Below are positions 13,396 to 26,723 of a stretch of 64,000 nt of DNA, one piece after another. The position numbers were made by a program, and so were the translations under genes. The DNA lies in contig OX597814.1 of the NCBI GenBank assembly GCA_951406725.2, forward strand, positions 74,152,001-74,216,000. The letters are read 5' to 3'. A model generated the notes under the pieces. That model made no database searches. It was not told where the DNA came from and worked only from the letters and a program-made list of their open reading frames with translations. This DNA comes from Octopus vulgaris. Lineage: Eukaryota. Position 1 is the stretch's first letter. Every line of letters starts with the position of its first letter.

Positions 13396-13708
13396 TAATG
13401 TATAACAATGAAAATTCATATACATTTGTAAATGCAATTATAAGTATAAATAGTCACATTTTGTTAAACAAATTTTAATTACAGAAGAAAAATAGAGAAA
13501 AATGTATTGCTAATTTAAGCAAATAGCAAAAAATAACAAAAGCTATAGAGATGTGTAAAATTTGATATTTAAATAACAATTCAGGGCTCGTAGGAAATAT
13601 TAAAGACAACATGTTAAAACAGATATTGATTAATCATGACAATTACTTACGTCATGAGTACCTATATATGTATATCAGAAGCACCAGTTCACACACATAC
13701 AAATGTGC

Positions 13709-13748
<40 letters not shown>

Positions 13749-14025
13749 GCATACACACATATATATAAATATATATATATATACATGAATATATGTACAT
13801 ATACATAGATATATACATAAAAATATGTACATACATTTATATATACATACACACACATACGGCCACAGTTATATGACTAAAACAAATAATATATATAGAG
13901 AGATATTCTATTGACAATCCAATAATTTATGTATATTACAATATTACACTAAATACTATGAATACAATATAACATAATATTATATAATATAACATAAATA
14001 ATTATAAAAACCATAAAAGGCCAAC

Positions 14026-14430
14026 AAATTGTTTCGACTTATATATATTTTTTCAGATATACATAATCAGAGTTCCATTATATATAAAGTCACTTTAGGG
14101 TTTTGGCTTTAGAAAAAGATGAAATTCTATGTGAAAGGATGGCTGGATTGCCATGTACTTTCAACCTATCTAATCATGAACAACACATAACTATAAGCCT
14201 CTGGAAAGCTCATGTAAACCCCATACTAGCATATTATTTACATATAGTAACACGTAAACATCAAAAACCATGTACAAATGGCTTATATAGGTTGAAAGTA
14301 CATGACAATCCAGCCATCCTTTCACATAGAATTTCATTTTTTTCTAAAGCTAAGACCCTGAAGTGACTTTATATATAATGGAACTGTGATTATCTATATC
14401 AGAAAAAATATATATAAGCCAAAACAATTT
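14026..14430. mobile_element. Fold-back MITE-like element with ~145-bp inverted arms
   Basis: 14026-14169 is the reverse complement of ~14287-14430 with scattered mismatches, around a ~117-bp spacer. Confidence 0.8.
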
Positions 14431-14499
14431 ATATGTACACGTACACACACACACACACATATATATATGTATGTATGTATATATATATATATATATATA

Positions 14500-14748
14500 T
14501 CATCATCATCATCATCATCATCATCGTTTAACGTCCGTTTTCCGCGCTAGCACGGGTTGGACGGTTTCGACCAGGGTCTGGGGAGCTCGGGACTGCCCCA
14601 GGCTCCAGTCTAGTCTGGCAGTGTTTCTACAGCTGGATGCCCTACCTAACGCCAACCACTCCGCGAGTGTAGTGGGTGTTTTTTACGTGCCACCTGCACA
14701 GGTGCCAGAGGGGTCTGGCATCGGCCACGTTCGGATGGTGCTTTTTAT
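14500..14748 (-). mobile_element. SINE-like repeat family B with (GAT)n tail
   Basis: Reverse complement of the gtggttggcgttaggaagggcatccagc...ggacgttaaacgatgatg unit also seen at 16630-16880, 18390-18866 and ~37295. Confidence 0.75.
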
Positions 14749-15395
14749 GGGGGGGGTGCAGAAATATAGGGGAGCACCAGTGGGAGGGGTGGTTCAGAGG
14801 ACAGGTACTAGGCAAGTAGAACGTAGGATATCGAGAGAGGGGTAATGCATGGTGAAATAGCGTATTGAAGAGGGGGGTTCAAAGAGTAGACACCTATAAT
14901 GGTGGTGGGGGGTGCAGAAATATAGGGGAGCACCAGTGGGAGGGGTGGTTCAGGGGACAGGTTCTAGGCAAGTAGAACGTAGGATATCGAGAGAGGGGTA
15001 ATGCATGGTGAAATAGTGTATTGAAGAGGGGGGTTCAAAGAGTAGACACCTATAATGGCGGTGGGGGGTGCAGAAATATAGGGGAGCACCAGTGGGAGGG
15101 GTGAGCACCAGTGGGAGGGGTGGTTCAGAGGACAGGTTCTAGGCAAGTAGAACGTAGGATATCGAGAGAGGGGTAATGCATGGTGAATAGCGTATTGAAG
15201 AGGGGGTTCAAAGAGTAGACACCTATAATGGTGGTGGGGGGGGTGCAGAAATATAGGGGAGCACCAGTGGGAGGGGTGGTTCAGAGGACAGGTTCTAGGC
15301 AAGTAGAACGTAGGATATCGAAAGAGGGGTAATGCATGGTGAAATAGCGTATTGAAGAGGGGGGTTCAAAGAGTAGACACCTATAATGGTGGTGG
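14749..15395. repeat. G-rich minisatellite, ~156-bp unit x ~4
   Basis: gtgcagaaatataggggagcaccagtgggagggg recurs at 14756, 14912, 15068 and 15243. The third unit carries an internal ~19-bp duplication. Confidence 0.95.
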
Positions 15396-15815
15396 GAGAA
15401 ACGACATCCGGAGCAAAATAGAGATATCCGGTATTGGTGGTGGGGGTGGGTAGGGCGGGCGCGCCGTGAAGAATCGGCAGCCAATTTCTAATCAGTCCTG
15501 TAAGGGAGATAGATCTTAATATCTATAACGATAACTAGTGAATTATACAGAATATGCAAAAACGAGGCGAGGCTGAAATAGTAAACAGAGTGGCGACTAG
15601 GGGGATCAGAATAATAATAATTAATAAATAATAATAATAAATAGAGATACGGATGAATTAAAGTTCAAAGATTTCTTATCTTGAGATCACTTCGTTTACG
15701 GACAGACTTGGCAAAAGGAATTCGGAATCAAGAATGAGGCAGTTTACTAGCTTAAGTATGCATAGCCATGGCGAGTGGTAGGAAGAGAGGAGTCCAGACA
15801 GACGACAATGTAATG

Positions 15816-15884
<69 letters not shown>

Positions 15885-15921
15885 GTATATATGTTTATGT
15901 ATATATATGTATATATATATG

Positions 15922-16000
<79 letters not shown>

Positions 16001-16043
16001 ATATATATGTATATATATATATGTATATATATATATGTATATA

Positions 16044-16247
<204 letters not shown>

Positions 16248-16333
16248 TATGTATGTATATATATATATATGTATATATATATATACACATATATATATGT
16301 ATGTATATATATATATATATATACACACATATA

Positions 16334-16477
<144 letters not shown>

Positions 16478-16629
16478 GAGATCTCTGGAGATATGCTGTG
16501 ACTACAAAGACCCGACTGCTTTCTGCAGCAATTCCACATACACCCTACCCATTCTAAGTACCCCGGATCCCCAAAGTACCCTGGATCCCCAAAGTACCCC
16601 GATCCCCAAAGTACCCCGGACCTTGTTGC

Positions 16630-16880
16630 CCCCGTGCCGCTGACACGTTAAAAGCTCGAACCGATCGTGACCGATGCCGGACCCTCCGGCCCCTGTGCAG
16701 GTGGCACGTAAAAGCACCCAATCCACTCACGGAGTGGTTGGCGTTAGGAAGGGCATCCAGCCGTAGAAACTCTGCCAGATTCAGACTGGAGCCTGGAGCG
16801 GCCCCTGGCTTCCCAGACCCGGTCGAACCGTCCAACCCGTGCTAGCGTGGAAAGCGGACGTTAAACGATGATGATGATGA
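16630..16880 (+). mobile_element. SINE-like family B copy preceded by an 18-bp tandem repeat (aaagtaccccggatcccc x ~3.5, ~16555-16622)
   Basis: Inverted relative to the copy at 14500-14748; ends in (GAT)n. Confidence 0.75.
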
Positions 16881-16900
16881 TATATATATGTATGTATATA

Positions 16901-16967
<67 letters not shown>

Positions 16968-17018
16968 GTATATATATCATCATCATCGACATTATGTATA
17001 TATATCTATATATGTATA

Positions 17019-17189
<171 letters not shown>

Positions 17190-17214
17190 GTATGTATATA
17201 TATATATATGTATA

Positions 17215-17307
<93 letters not shown>

Positions 17308-17582
17308 GTATGTATATATATATATGTATATATATATGTATATATATATATGTATATATGTATATATATATATGTATGTATATATATATATGTATGTGTA
17401 TATATATGTATGTGTATATATATATATGTATGTGTATATATATATATGTATGTGTATATATATATATGTGTATATATATATATATGTATGTGTATATATA
17501 TATATGTATGTATATATATATGTATATATATATATATGTATGTATATATATATGTATGTATGTATATATATATGTATGTATG

Positions 17583-17631
<49 letters not shown>

Positions 17632-17796
17632 ATATATATATATGTATATATGTATATATATATGTATGTATATATATATGTATATATGTATATATATATA
17701 TATATGTATACACACATATATATATACATATATATATGTATATATATATACATATATATGTATATATATATACACATATATATATACATATATATG

Positions 17797-17947
<151 letters not shown>

Positions 17948-17970
17948 GTATATATATATATATGTATATG

Positions 17971-18019
<49 letters not shown>

Positions 18020-18214
18020 CATACATATATATATATACATATATATACATACATATATACATATATATATACATATATATACATACATATATATATACAT
18101 ACATATATACATACATATATATATATACATACATATATATATATACATACATATATATATACATACATATATATATACATACATATATATATACATACAT
18201 ATATATATATATAC

Positions 18215-18254
<40 letters not shown>

Positions 18255-18256
18255 AC

Positions 18257-18321
<65 letters not shown>

Positions 18322-18328
18322 TATACAT

Positions 18329-18374
<46 letters not shown>

Positions 18375-18389
18375 GTCAAATCAAATCAA

Positions 18390-18866
18390 AACAGATGAAC
18401 ATCAATGGAATTTGTATCTTTGTGGTACCAGTGCCGGTGGCACACAAGAAAATCATCCGAACGTGGCCGTAGCCAGTACCGCATAGACTGGCCTCCGTGC
18501 TTTGGGGACGTAACAAACACCATCCGATCGTGGCCGTCCGCCAGCCTCATCTGGCACCTGTGTCGGTGGCACATAAAAACACCATCTGAGCGTGGCCGTC
18601 TGCCAGCCTCGTCTGGCACCTGTGTCGGTGGCACATAAAAACACCATCCGAGCGTGGCCGTTCGCCAGCCTCGTCTGGCACCTGTGTCGGTGGCACATAA
18701 AATCACCCACTACACTCTCGGAGTGGTTGGCGTTAGGAAGGGCATCCAGCTGTAGAAACACTGCCAGATCTGACTGGCCTGGTGCAGCCTTCGGGCTCCC
18801 CAGACCCCAGTTGAACCGTCCAACCCATGCTAGCATGGAAAACGGACGCTAAATGATGATGATGAT
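18390..18866 (+). mobile_element. SINE-like family B copy with internal ~62-bp tandem repeats
   Basis: caccatccgagcgtggccgtctgccagcctcgtctggcacctgtgtcggtggcacataaaaa repeated ~3 times, then the family-B 3' part and a (GAT)n tail. Confidence 0.75.
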
Positions 18867-18957
18867 ATATATATATATATATATATGTATATGTATGTAT
18901 ATATATATATGTATGTATATATATATATATATGTATGTATATATATATGTATATATG

Positions 18958-19068
<111 letters not shown>

Positions 19069-19155
19069 TTATATATATGTATATATATATATATATGTAT
19101 ATATACTTATATATATGTATATATATATTTATATATATATATATAAATACTTATA

Positions 19156-19212
<57 letters not shown>

Positions 19213-19213
19213 G

Positions 19214-19273
<60 letters not shown>

Positions 19274-19362
19274 TATTTGTATATATATGTATAACTATAA
19301 TGTATATACATATATACACATATACATATATATATATATACATTATAGATATACATATATAT

Positions 19363-19441
<79 letters not shown>

Positions 19442-19859
19442 CATATATATATATACACACATATATAAATATATATACATACACACATATATATATATTT
19501 GCTTCTAATATAAAAGTAAAAGCAATCTTGTTAAGAGCTGGACTCAGAAAGTAAAGGAATGTAACTAAATACTTAGCATTTGGTTGGGTGCACCACTGTT
19601 TCTACTATATTGTAACACAAAAGTGCTTTCACTCCAGGTTGGTAATTTTTATAAGAAATTTATAATTTAACATAATCCTACACACTATAAAATTGGTACA
19701 TGTAAAACTAAATTTGGAAATAATATGGATTTCTTTTAAGTAGAAAACAAACAAAATGTTTTAATAAAATAGTGAGGGGAGAAAGACTGTGTCTATGACT
19801 TTAGCAAGTACTGAAAAACTGGAAGGACAGCTGATATTCAGCTTGAACATCTGTTAGCA

Positions 19860-20600
19860 AATGTATAAATGGGTAAGGAAGTGTTTAGTGTGGAGTCTAG
19901 CAGTTTAGCATAGTAAAAAGTAATGGAGATAATAGTAAATAGAAAAACGATGAAAGTAACTTTCCAATAGATCTGGTTCTACAAGAGCCAGGGTCACTAA
20001 GAGAGATTAAATGAGATGAAACAGATAGTTGTTGATGACTGTTTCCATTACCTTTGAGATGTTGGAAATGAATGTGGTAGGGGAAGACATTTGCAAGGCT
20101 AGAGAAGTTGCTATTTTGAGGATAGAACCCAAACATTGGGATAGAAATCTGTAAGGAAGGAAAATTTGAAGAATTGGTTGATTTAAAGTGTCCAGAAAAA
20201 TTTTCCTAAAATAATTGTTTCTTCACTGTGGTAAAACTGGAGGGCAGGAAGTGCATATATGGAGCTGGAAGTGAAATGAGTAGCAAATATATGGTTTTTC
20301 TCAATGAGAATGCAGTTGACAGATTTTGCTTGGGAAGTGATCGGTAGGAGAATTATGTAACAATAGTAGGGACCCACTATGCTCTATACTCTGCAACAAT
20401 TTGTAAAATGAGAGAGATTTGAGAAAGTGTGATAAATAAAGTGAGTTTTTGCTTTTATGATGGTAGTTGCAGTGCCAAATAAAATCTCCCAATTGGTGGT
20501 AGTGATGGGTAATTTCTTCCAGTGTTCTTTGATTGCATTGTTGCAGAATAGATGTGGGTCTTAGGAGTATTAGTTGTGTGAGAAGCGTCATGTGCGGGTG
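19860..20600 (-). mobile_element. Highly decayed LINE endonuclease remnant
   Basis: Strongly purine-skewed tract; the translation has LGDF and TDHFP, resembling APE GDFN and SDH motifs. Confidence 0.4.
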
Positions 20601-23212
20601 AAAACATTTTCATGGGGACATAGATTTACTCAGCTTATGTAAAGTTGTATTTGCTTTAAAATTGAGTTGCTATATAAATATCTAGATAATTGCTATGTCT
20701 ATCATTTTAATGTCTAGTTATCTTGAAAAGGAAATATAAGTGTATCAATGAATAATTTTCTAAATTTTACAAAGTATCAGCTATTATATATCTTATAAAA
20801 ACATGATTTCAAAGGTAATATAGCATTCTTTCATTGAAGTTCACACATGAGGTTCAATTTTTATAATATTCACCAAATGCTGTTTGGAAGCAATTTATAA
20901 AATCCTTTTTATAAAATCCTTTTAACATTTTACTCTTTATGAAAAATGGCACTTGGGTAGTTTTTTTTTTTTTATAAGGAACAAAATAGTAGGAAGTGGG
21001 CTTCATTATAAGAAATTCTTTTAAAAGAAAAAAAAAGAATAAATAATGGACTGCAACTAATGTTCTTTGCAGATATTTCCATAGAGCTTATAGTTGGTTC
21101 ATTGTCTCTTATGAATTAATTTAGGTTAGAGACATTTTATGTGAGAGAGCTTTAAGTGCTTTACATGTTACATTATATCAATAGTAATATTCCAAAGTCA
21201 CTTGCTACCACAACTCAATTAATCAAAATAAACAGCATAAAATAAATTTATATTATGTTGCTTAGAGTTTCTATAATTCCAAGAACCAACAACAGCACCA
21301 ATTTGCTGACACATTTTATTTCAAGCCAACAAATCACATCCAACAATCTTAAAAAGGGACACCATTAGACAATGTAATCTCAAATAAATAACATGGAATG
21401 ATCATGGCTGGAATAATTTTGAGCATAGGTCTACTCAATTACAGATGACCTAGGGGCAAACAACAATTCATCTAATTTTTTTCTCAGTGGAAGAGAAAAA
21501 CCACAGTTTATGCTCTTATCTTATTCTCTACAGAACAAAAAAGAAAAAACACATTTTGGTTTTACAAAATGATGGTGAAACAGAAGATTAAAAGTGTGTG
21601 CGTGTGTGTATGTTAAAAGCACTGACATTCTTGTAACTCATCCTCAATATATGTAATCAAATTTACACTACCTTGTATATACAAATAATATCTGTATTTC
21701 ATCCTTTGTAGAATTTAGAACCAAATGAAAATTCTGAGGTAGATTATAAAATATGTCCAAGCATTGTGAGAAAGGGAGTATTGGAAAGTTCAAATATTCA
21801 TTTTCATACCTTTTGCAAGGACAATTATATATTCATATCAAAAGAAATGAAAAAGAAGAGCATCATTTATATCCTGGTGTACACTTTTTAACATAATATC
21901 AGTATTACTTTAGAGCTGTTTCTAATAACATACCACGTAGATATGATTTCTTTTGGATAGTTCAACCCTGTAGAGGAAGAGTTCATTCATTAGATGCTAT
22001 TTGCACACTCACTGATATTTATCCAAAGTTTGGTGGGATGAATGTTAAAGAGAAGCTGAAATGCAAGTATCCTTACCCACATATACCTATTTAACCACAC
22101 TATATAAATATAAGACTAACTTATTTTAGCAATTCTAAACTCTGTATATGAAAATGAAATGGGTGTACAGCTAAAAGGAAAGTTTCAAAATAAAAGAAAA
22201 AAGTAGTTTTTATACTTAATATGTATGGTGTATTTGAGTAATTAATTAATTAGGAAAGAAAAGATGATTCTTGAGAGGAGACAAATTTGATTATCAAAGT
22301 TGTCAGTATATCATGTAGCTGTTTTTTTATCATATGAGATGACTAGATATATCTTAAGAGTAACTCAGTACTTTAGTTTCAAACAAGATGAAAAACTTAT
22401 GCTTCTGGTCTATTTCAATAATTAGTAAATGTCTAGAATTCAGTGAAAATGTTAATTAGATTCATTGACAAATACTTTGAAAAATACAGAAACAAACATT
22501 CAGCAAACACTTAGAAACATTTTACACATAAAATCATAAATAATATTATGAACTAAAACTAGTTGTTGTTAACAAAATGCTCATTAACCAGTTCATTTGC
22601 TGTAGTTATATTACTATCTTTGCTGTCTTCATCGTTATCAATTGTTTTGTATGTTGATTGGGGGACTTCTTAGCACAATGTAGTGATAAAGTTTGGAAAC
22701 TTTAATTAGGTATACAAAGGGTGTTTTGAAAATATTTTCTGTTTATTAACAAACCTTGCTAGCATGGAAAGCAAATATAAAACTCTTTATTTTAAAAGTA
22801 ACAATACATAAATAGGCATAATACATGAGAAACAACATTAAAGTTTCATCTCATTGTATATTAGGAAAATGCTTTATTAGAAATTCAACAAAATGTTGCA
22901 ACACAGATTCAATGAAGAAGACACTCACCTTCAATTAGTTGTAGGCATACATGAGATAATAAACTGCATTGATATTCCAAACTCAGTTGGAATACCAACA
23001 ATAACTGTATTAAAGTATCTCAAGCCAACAAAATATACAACAAAATTTTCAAATTTATATGAAAATAAATTGAGGAACTTGAAAGAAAAATATTCCATTA
23101 GCAACTTTAGCAGATACAACAATGATCATTGTCACTAAAGAGAATTCATTAAAGATTACAATTTAGTTAATGCACAGGCATACATAAAAATACATGTACA
23201 CACACATACATA

Positions 23213-23627
23213 TGAGGTCTGATCAAAAAGTATTGGGACTGGTCCTGTAAAAAGTAAACTATGACACATATCGATTTGGTATTTAATCTCCTTCAAGTAG
23301 TCACCTTATTCCAGTGTTGATAGAAGCATTCCTGAAATTTCTTTCTTGGGATAGTGAGCAGCTATCTCGTCACATTCTCTTGGGTTCTCTAGACATCTTG
23401 AAATCTTGTTGGGGTTTTCCACTGCAAAGATCAAGCTTTTGTTTCAGGGTCATAGCAACAGACCCATAATTCATCACCTTTTATGGCCATTTTCAAAAAG
23501 TTTTCATTTTCCTTGACACAAGATCCTGCACAGTTGAAATCTAATCTTCTTTTCAAGATGACCACACTCTGCATACTTTAGCTCTGTTATCATAGCAACA
23601 GACAGGATACTTTTTTATCAGACCTCA
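23213..23627. mobile_element. Mariner-derived MITE
   Basis: TA-tgaggtctgatcaaaaagtat ... atacttttttatcagacctca-TA; same TIR family as the 1612-2465 element. Confidence 0.8.
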
Positions 23628-25923
23628 TATATATACCTATGTATGCATACACAAACACACATACATTATATATATATATATATATAATATATATACACAT
23701 ACATATTTATATATATATACATACATATATATACATACACATAGACAGACAGGCAGGCACACACACACACATCTGTATATAGAAAGCAATACAAATAAAG
23801 ATACTAGGTGAGCTACCAAAGTGTTTGTATTTTGCACTTATCCAGACCCTATATCTCCATATGTTAATGATATGAAAAATATATTTGGGAAAACACCATG
23901 AATGCATAAAAACGCTTACACATGTACTTTTTCAAAATATATTTTTCCTAATATCTCTGAACACTTGGAGGACATGTGTGAGTGCAAAACAAAACTTTCT
24001 GTAGCCCTACCAGTGTCTTTACTCACAGTACTTTATAAATACAAATGCATTATTCTCTGTATTTGTATCAAGAGTTTTATTTTTTATATCTTTTACCAAG
24101 TATGAATGATTTATTGATTTGGTTTTACATAGGGAGAAAAAAAATTCATAATAGTTTACAAATACATTGGGACAAGAAGAAAAGAAAAACTACTGATATA
24201 AAGCCAGATAAGAACCAAAATTTTAAAATTGGGGAATAACGATAGTTAATAAGAACATGCTGAAGCTTAACCAGTACATCTTGCCTAAATTTCCCAGAAT
24301 TATATCAGGTTTAAAAACATTCATATGCAAAAGAAATAGAGTAAAACATGTCCTACCCTTTGTGTAACCTTGTATTGCGGACAAAAACTGGTATACGTAC
24401 CGTTAGATTCAGAACATTTTAATATCAGATTGCTCATTTGATGAAAATGCTACAGAAAGGAGGATCTTCCTGAAATTCATAATACAGATGAACTTTGTTC
24501 CAGTAGTCTACAGCCTTGATGATCTGCCCACTTCTTTCTTATTGCTATCAGCCCATGAACTGACCTCCCTATTTGGACACTGGCACTTTTACTTGACTCA
24601 GACAAATGGTCTCTCTGGCACAAACCTCATCACCAGAATTACATCTTTTCTGCTGTTTCTGTTCTACAGACTTCTTTCAATTCTTTTATTATACTGAAAG
24701 CAGAAGTAGGATGGATTTTCTTTGAACCTTTTTGAATGGTGCCAACTAAAAACTACAGGACGTAGTATTGAAACCCATGTTTCCAGTACTTACCTCTTCT
24801 TAAAATACAATGCATCAAATTAGAACATTTCATTTAATAAATACAACAAACTAATTAGGAAAATGAAAAGATGTCAATAGCAACTTTGCCACACCAGTAA
24901 GTACTAATACTTATTTAAGGGACTATAAAAGCTATTCAGAGAAAATCACTGCTCAGTATTTCTGAAGCTGAGAGCATATTTCTACCTTAAAAGACCAACA
25001 AATGAGAAATGATATTATTTCTTCTTTTAGAAGAATGGAATCACTGATAAATATCTTGACTTTATTTCATAACTAAGTGAATTTATGTGTCTAATCAATG
25101 AAACTGGGTCACTAGGAACAACTGAGTGGAGGCAATGACACATGTTAGTTTTTCAGTACTCTGAAACTGTAAACACTGCTAATTTCTTATAAACTTAAGA
25201 AAGTTTCCATTCCAGAGGCAAAATATTCAAAATTTAATCAGGGTGGATATATGCTTTCAAAAAAATTCTTCAATTAGAGCTTCTGTTAAGCTGCATTTTG
25301 CTGAATAAATATCCCTGTGTGCAAGATGGTTCAGTTTATTTATGCATAGTGTATCTAATTCTATAATATCTCATTTACAAAGAAAGTCATATGCAACAGA
25401 CTAGCATCCTACACTGGAGCTAATTTGTCTTTCACAGATGAATTAGTGCTATGGAAAATAAAGCTGAGATCTTCTGTCAGCTCAATGAATTTTAGTACTT
25501 TATAAAATTATTAAATTAACTTAGAATACTTATGAACATGCTTAGTATAGCTTAGTTGTAGTCTCTGCTATTTACAAATAGATATTATTGAGATATGCAC
25601 ATATCATTGGATTTAGAGGTTATATCCAAAGTAAGATATTGTCTTCTAAAATATAAAGTAAATCTACCTAAAACATATAATGAAAATAAATTAGAATTTT
25701 GTTTTAATCTAATTTAGTATACTAATTTATTCCTTTAATTTCCATTATGTTAATAATGATATCTGTGTACTTAAAATGGGCAAAGCTGAAATTAACAACA
25801 TACATCTAATACTTATAAATAGCAAAATAATTCTATGCAGTCAGTTAAAAAATAATCAAAAATTTCAATAAAGGCAAAAGAAATCAACAAGAAAAGGTTA
25901 TAGAGTTAAAAATTGAAACATAC

Positions 25924-26059
25924 CTATGGTTATTAGTAAAATTCTACCAGTGATTTGATTCAGCCAACCAGATATATAAGAACTGAGAGCATCTGATATT
26001 CCATAACAAATCATCAAGTACCCGACCATATGAACACCAAGCATGCATGTTGCAAATGC
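25924..26059 (-). CDS. UNC93A: UNC-93-like gene, 136-bp exon (AFATCMLGVHMVGYLMICYGISDALSSYISGWLNQITGRILLITI)
   Basis: Acceptor ttttttacag and donor ATAG|gtatgt; phase 0 to phase 1. The translation matches the UNC93A TC.LG...VGY.MIC...DAL.S...G TM8 segment. Too short for the ORF track. Confidence 0.93.
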
Positions 26060-26723
26060 CTGTAAAAAATATTGTAATGAAAATGAAACTACTTTATAAT
26101 AAAAGCAGCATCCTTATGTTAAATTAAAATTTTTGCAGGCAAAAAATAAATATATTTCAAGGAGAGAAACAGCTATTCTTAACAAAATGCTCACTAAACA
26201 GTTCATTTGACTCTAAACTTTGATTTACAATAGGAAAATAGCTATAGCTTAAAGTTAAGTCAAACTGAATATTACTTTCATACTTTAACTTTTTTTTTCA
26301 TCAGTTAATACAAACTAGTTGTATAGCCAAAGGATTGCAGTATGTTTGATTGCAAGTTGAAAATAATCTCTCTTATTTAAACTCATTGACACCAATATCC
26401 TCTGGTTCACAAATATCTTATAATAAAACAATGGCCATGTATTAAAAACAACAAGGCTTTAAGCGCTAAATGCAGATGATCAGGTTAAAAGTCAACTTTT
26501 CAGTTTCTCATAAATTCCATCAAATAAATATCTGAATAACAGGATTTAATATTATATGCACAATATAAAAATAAGAAACATTAAAATAACAATACTTGCA
26601 AAGAAAGTTCAAATCATTTTGAAGACTGAAAGGAAAATAGGAAGTGGGTGGGAGATATAGAAGACTTTTGGGTAAAGTAATAGGTGTTTTGAAATTTTAT
26701 CAGTTAATAATCATATTACCTAC

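Noticed and set aside
22929-23122. Hydrophobic minus-strand ORF followed by a gtgagt donor
   Set aside because: No family similarity and it ends in a stop. At most an unsupported alternative or poison exon.
24794-24922. Possible 129-bp minus-strand exon with good splice sites
   Set aside because: It has an in-frame stop at its third codon and no UNC93 similarity; the true next exon is 10651-10782.
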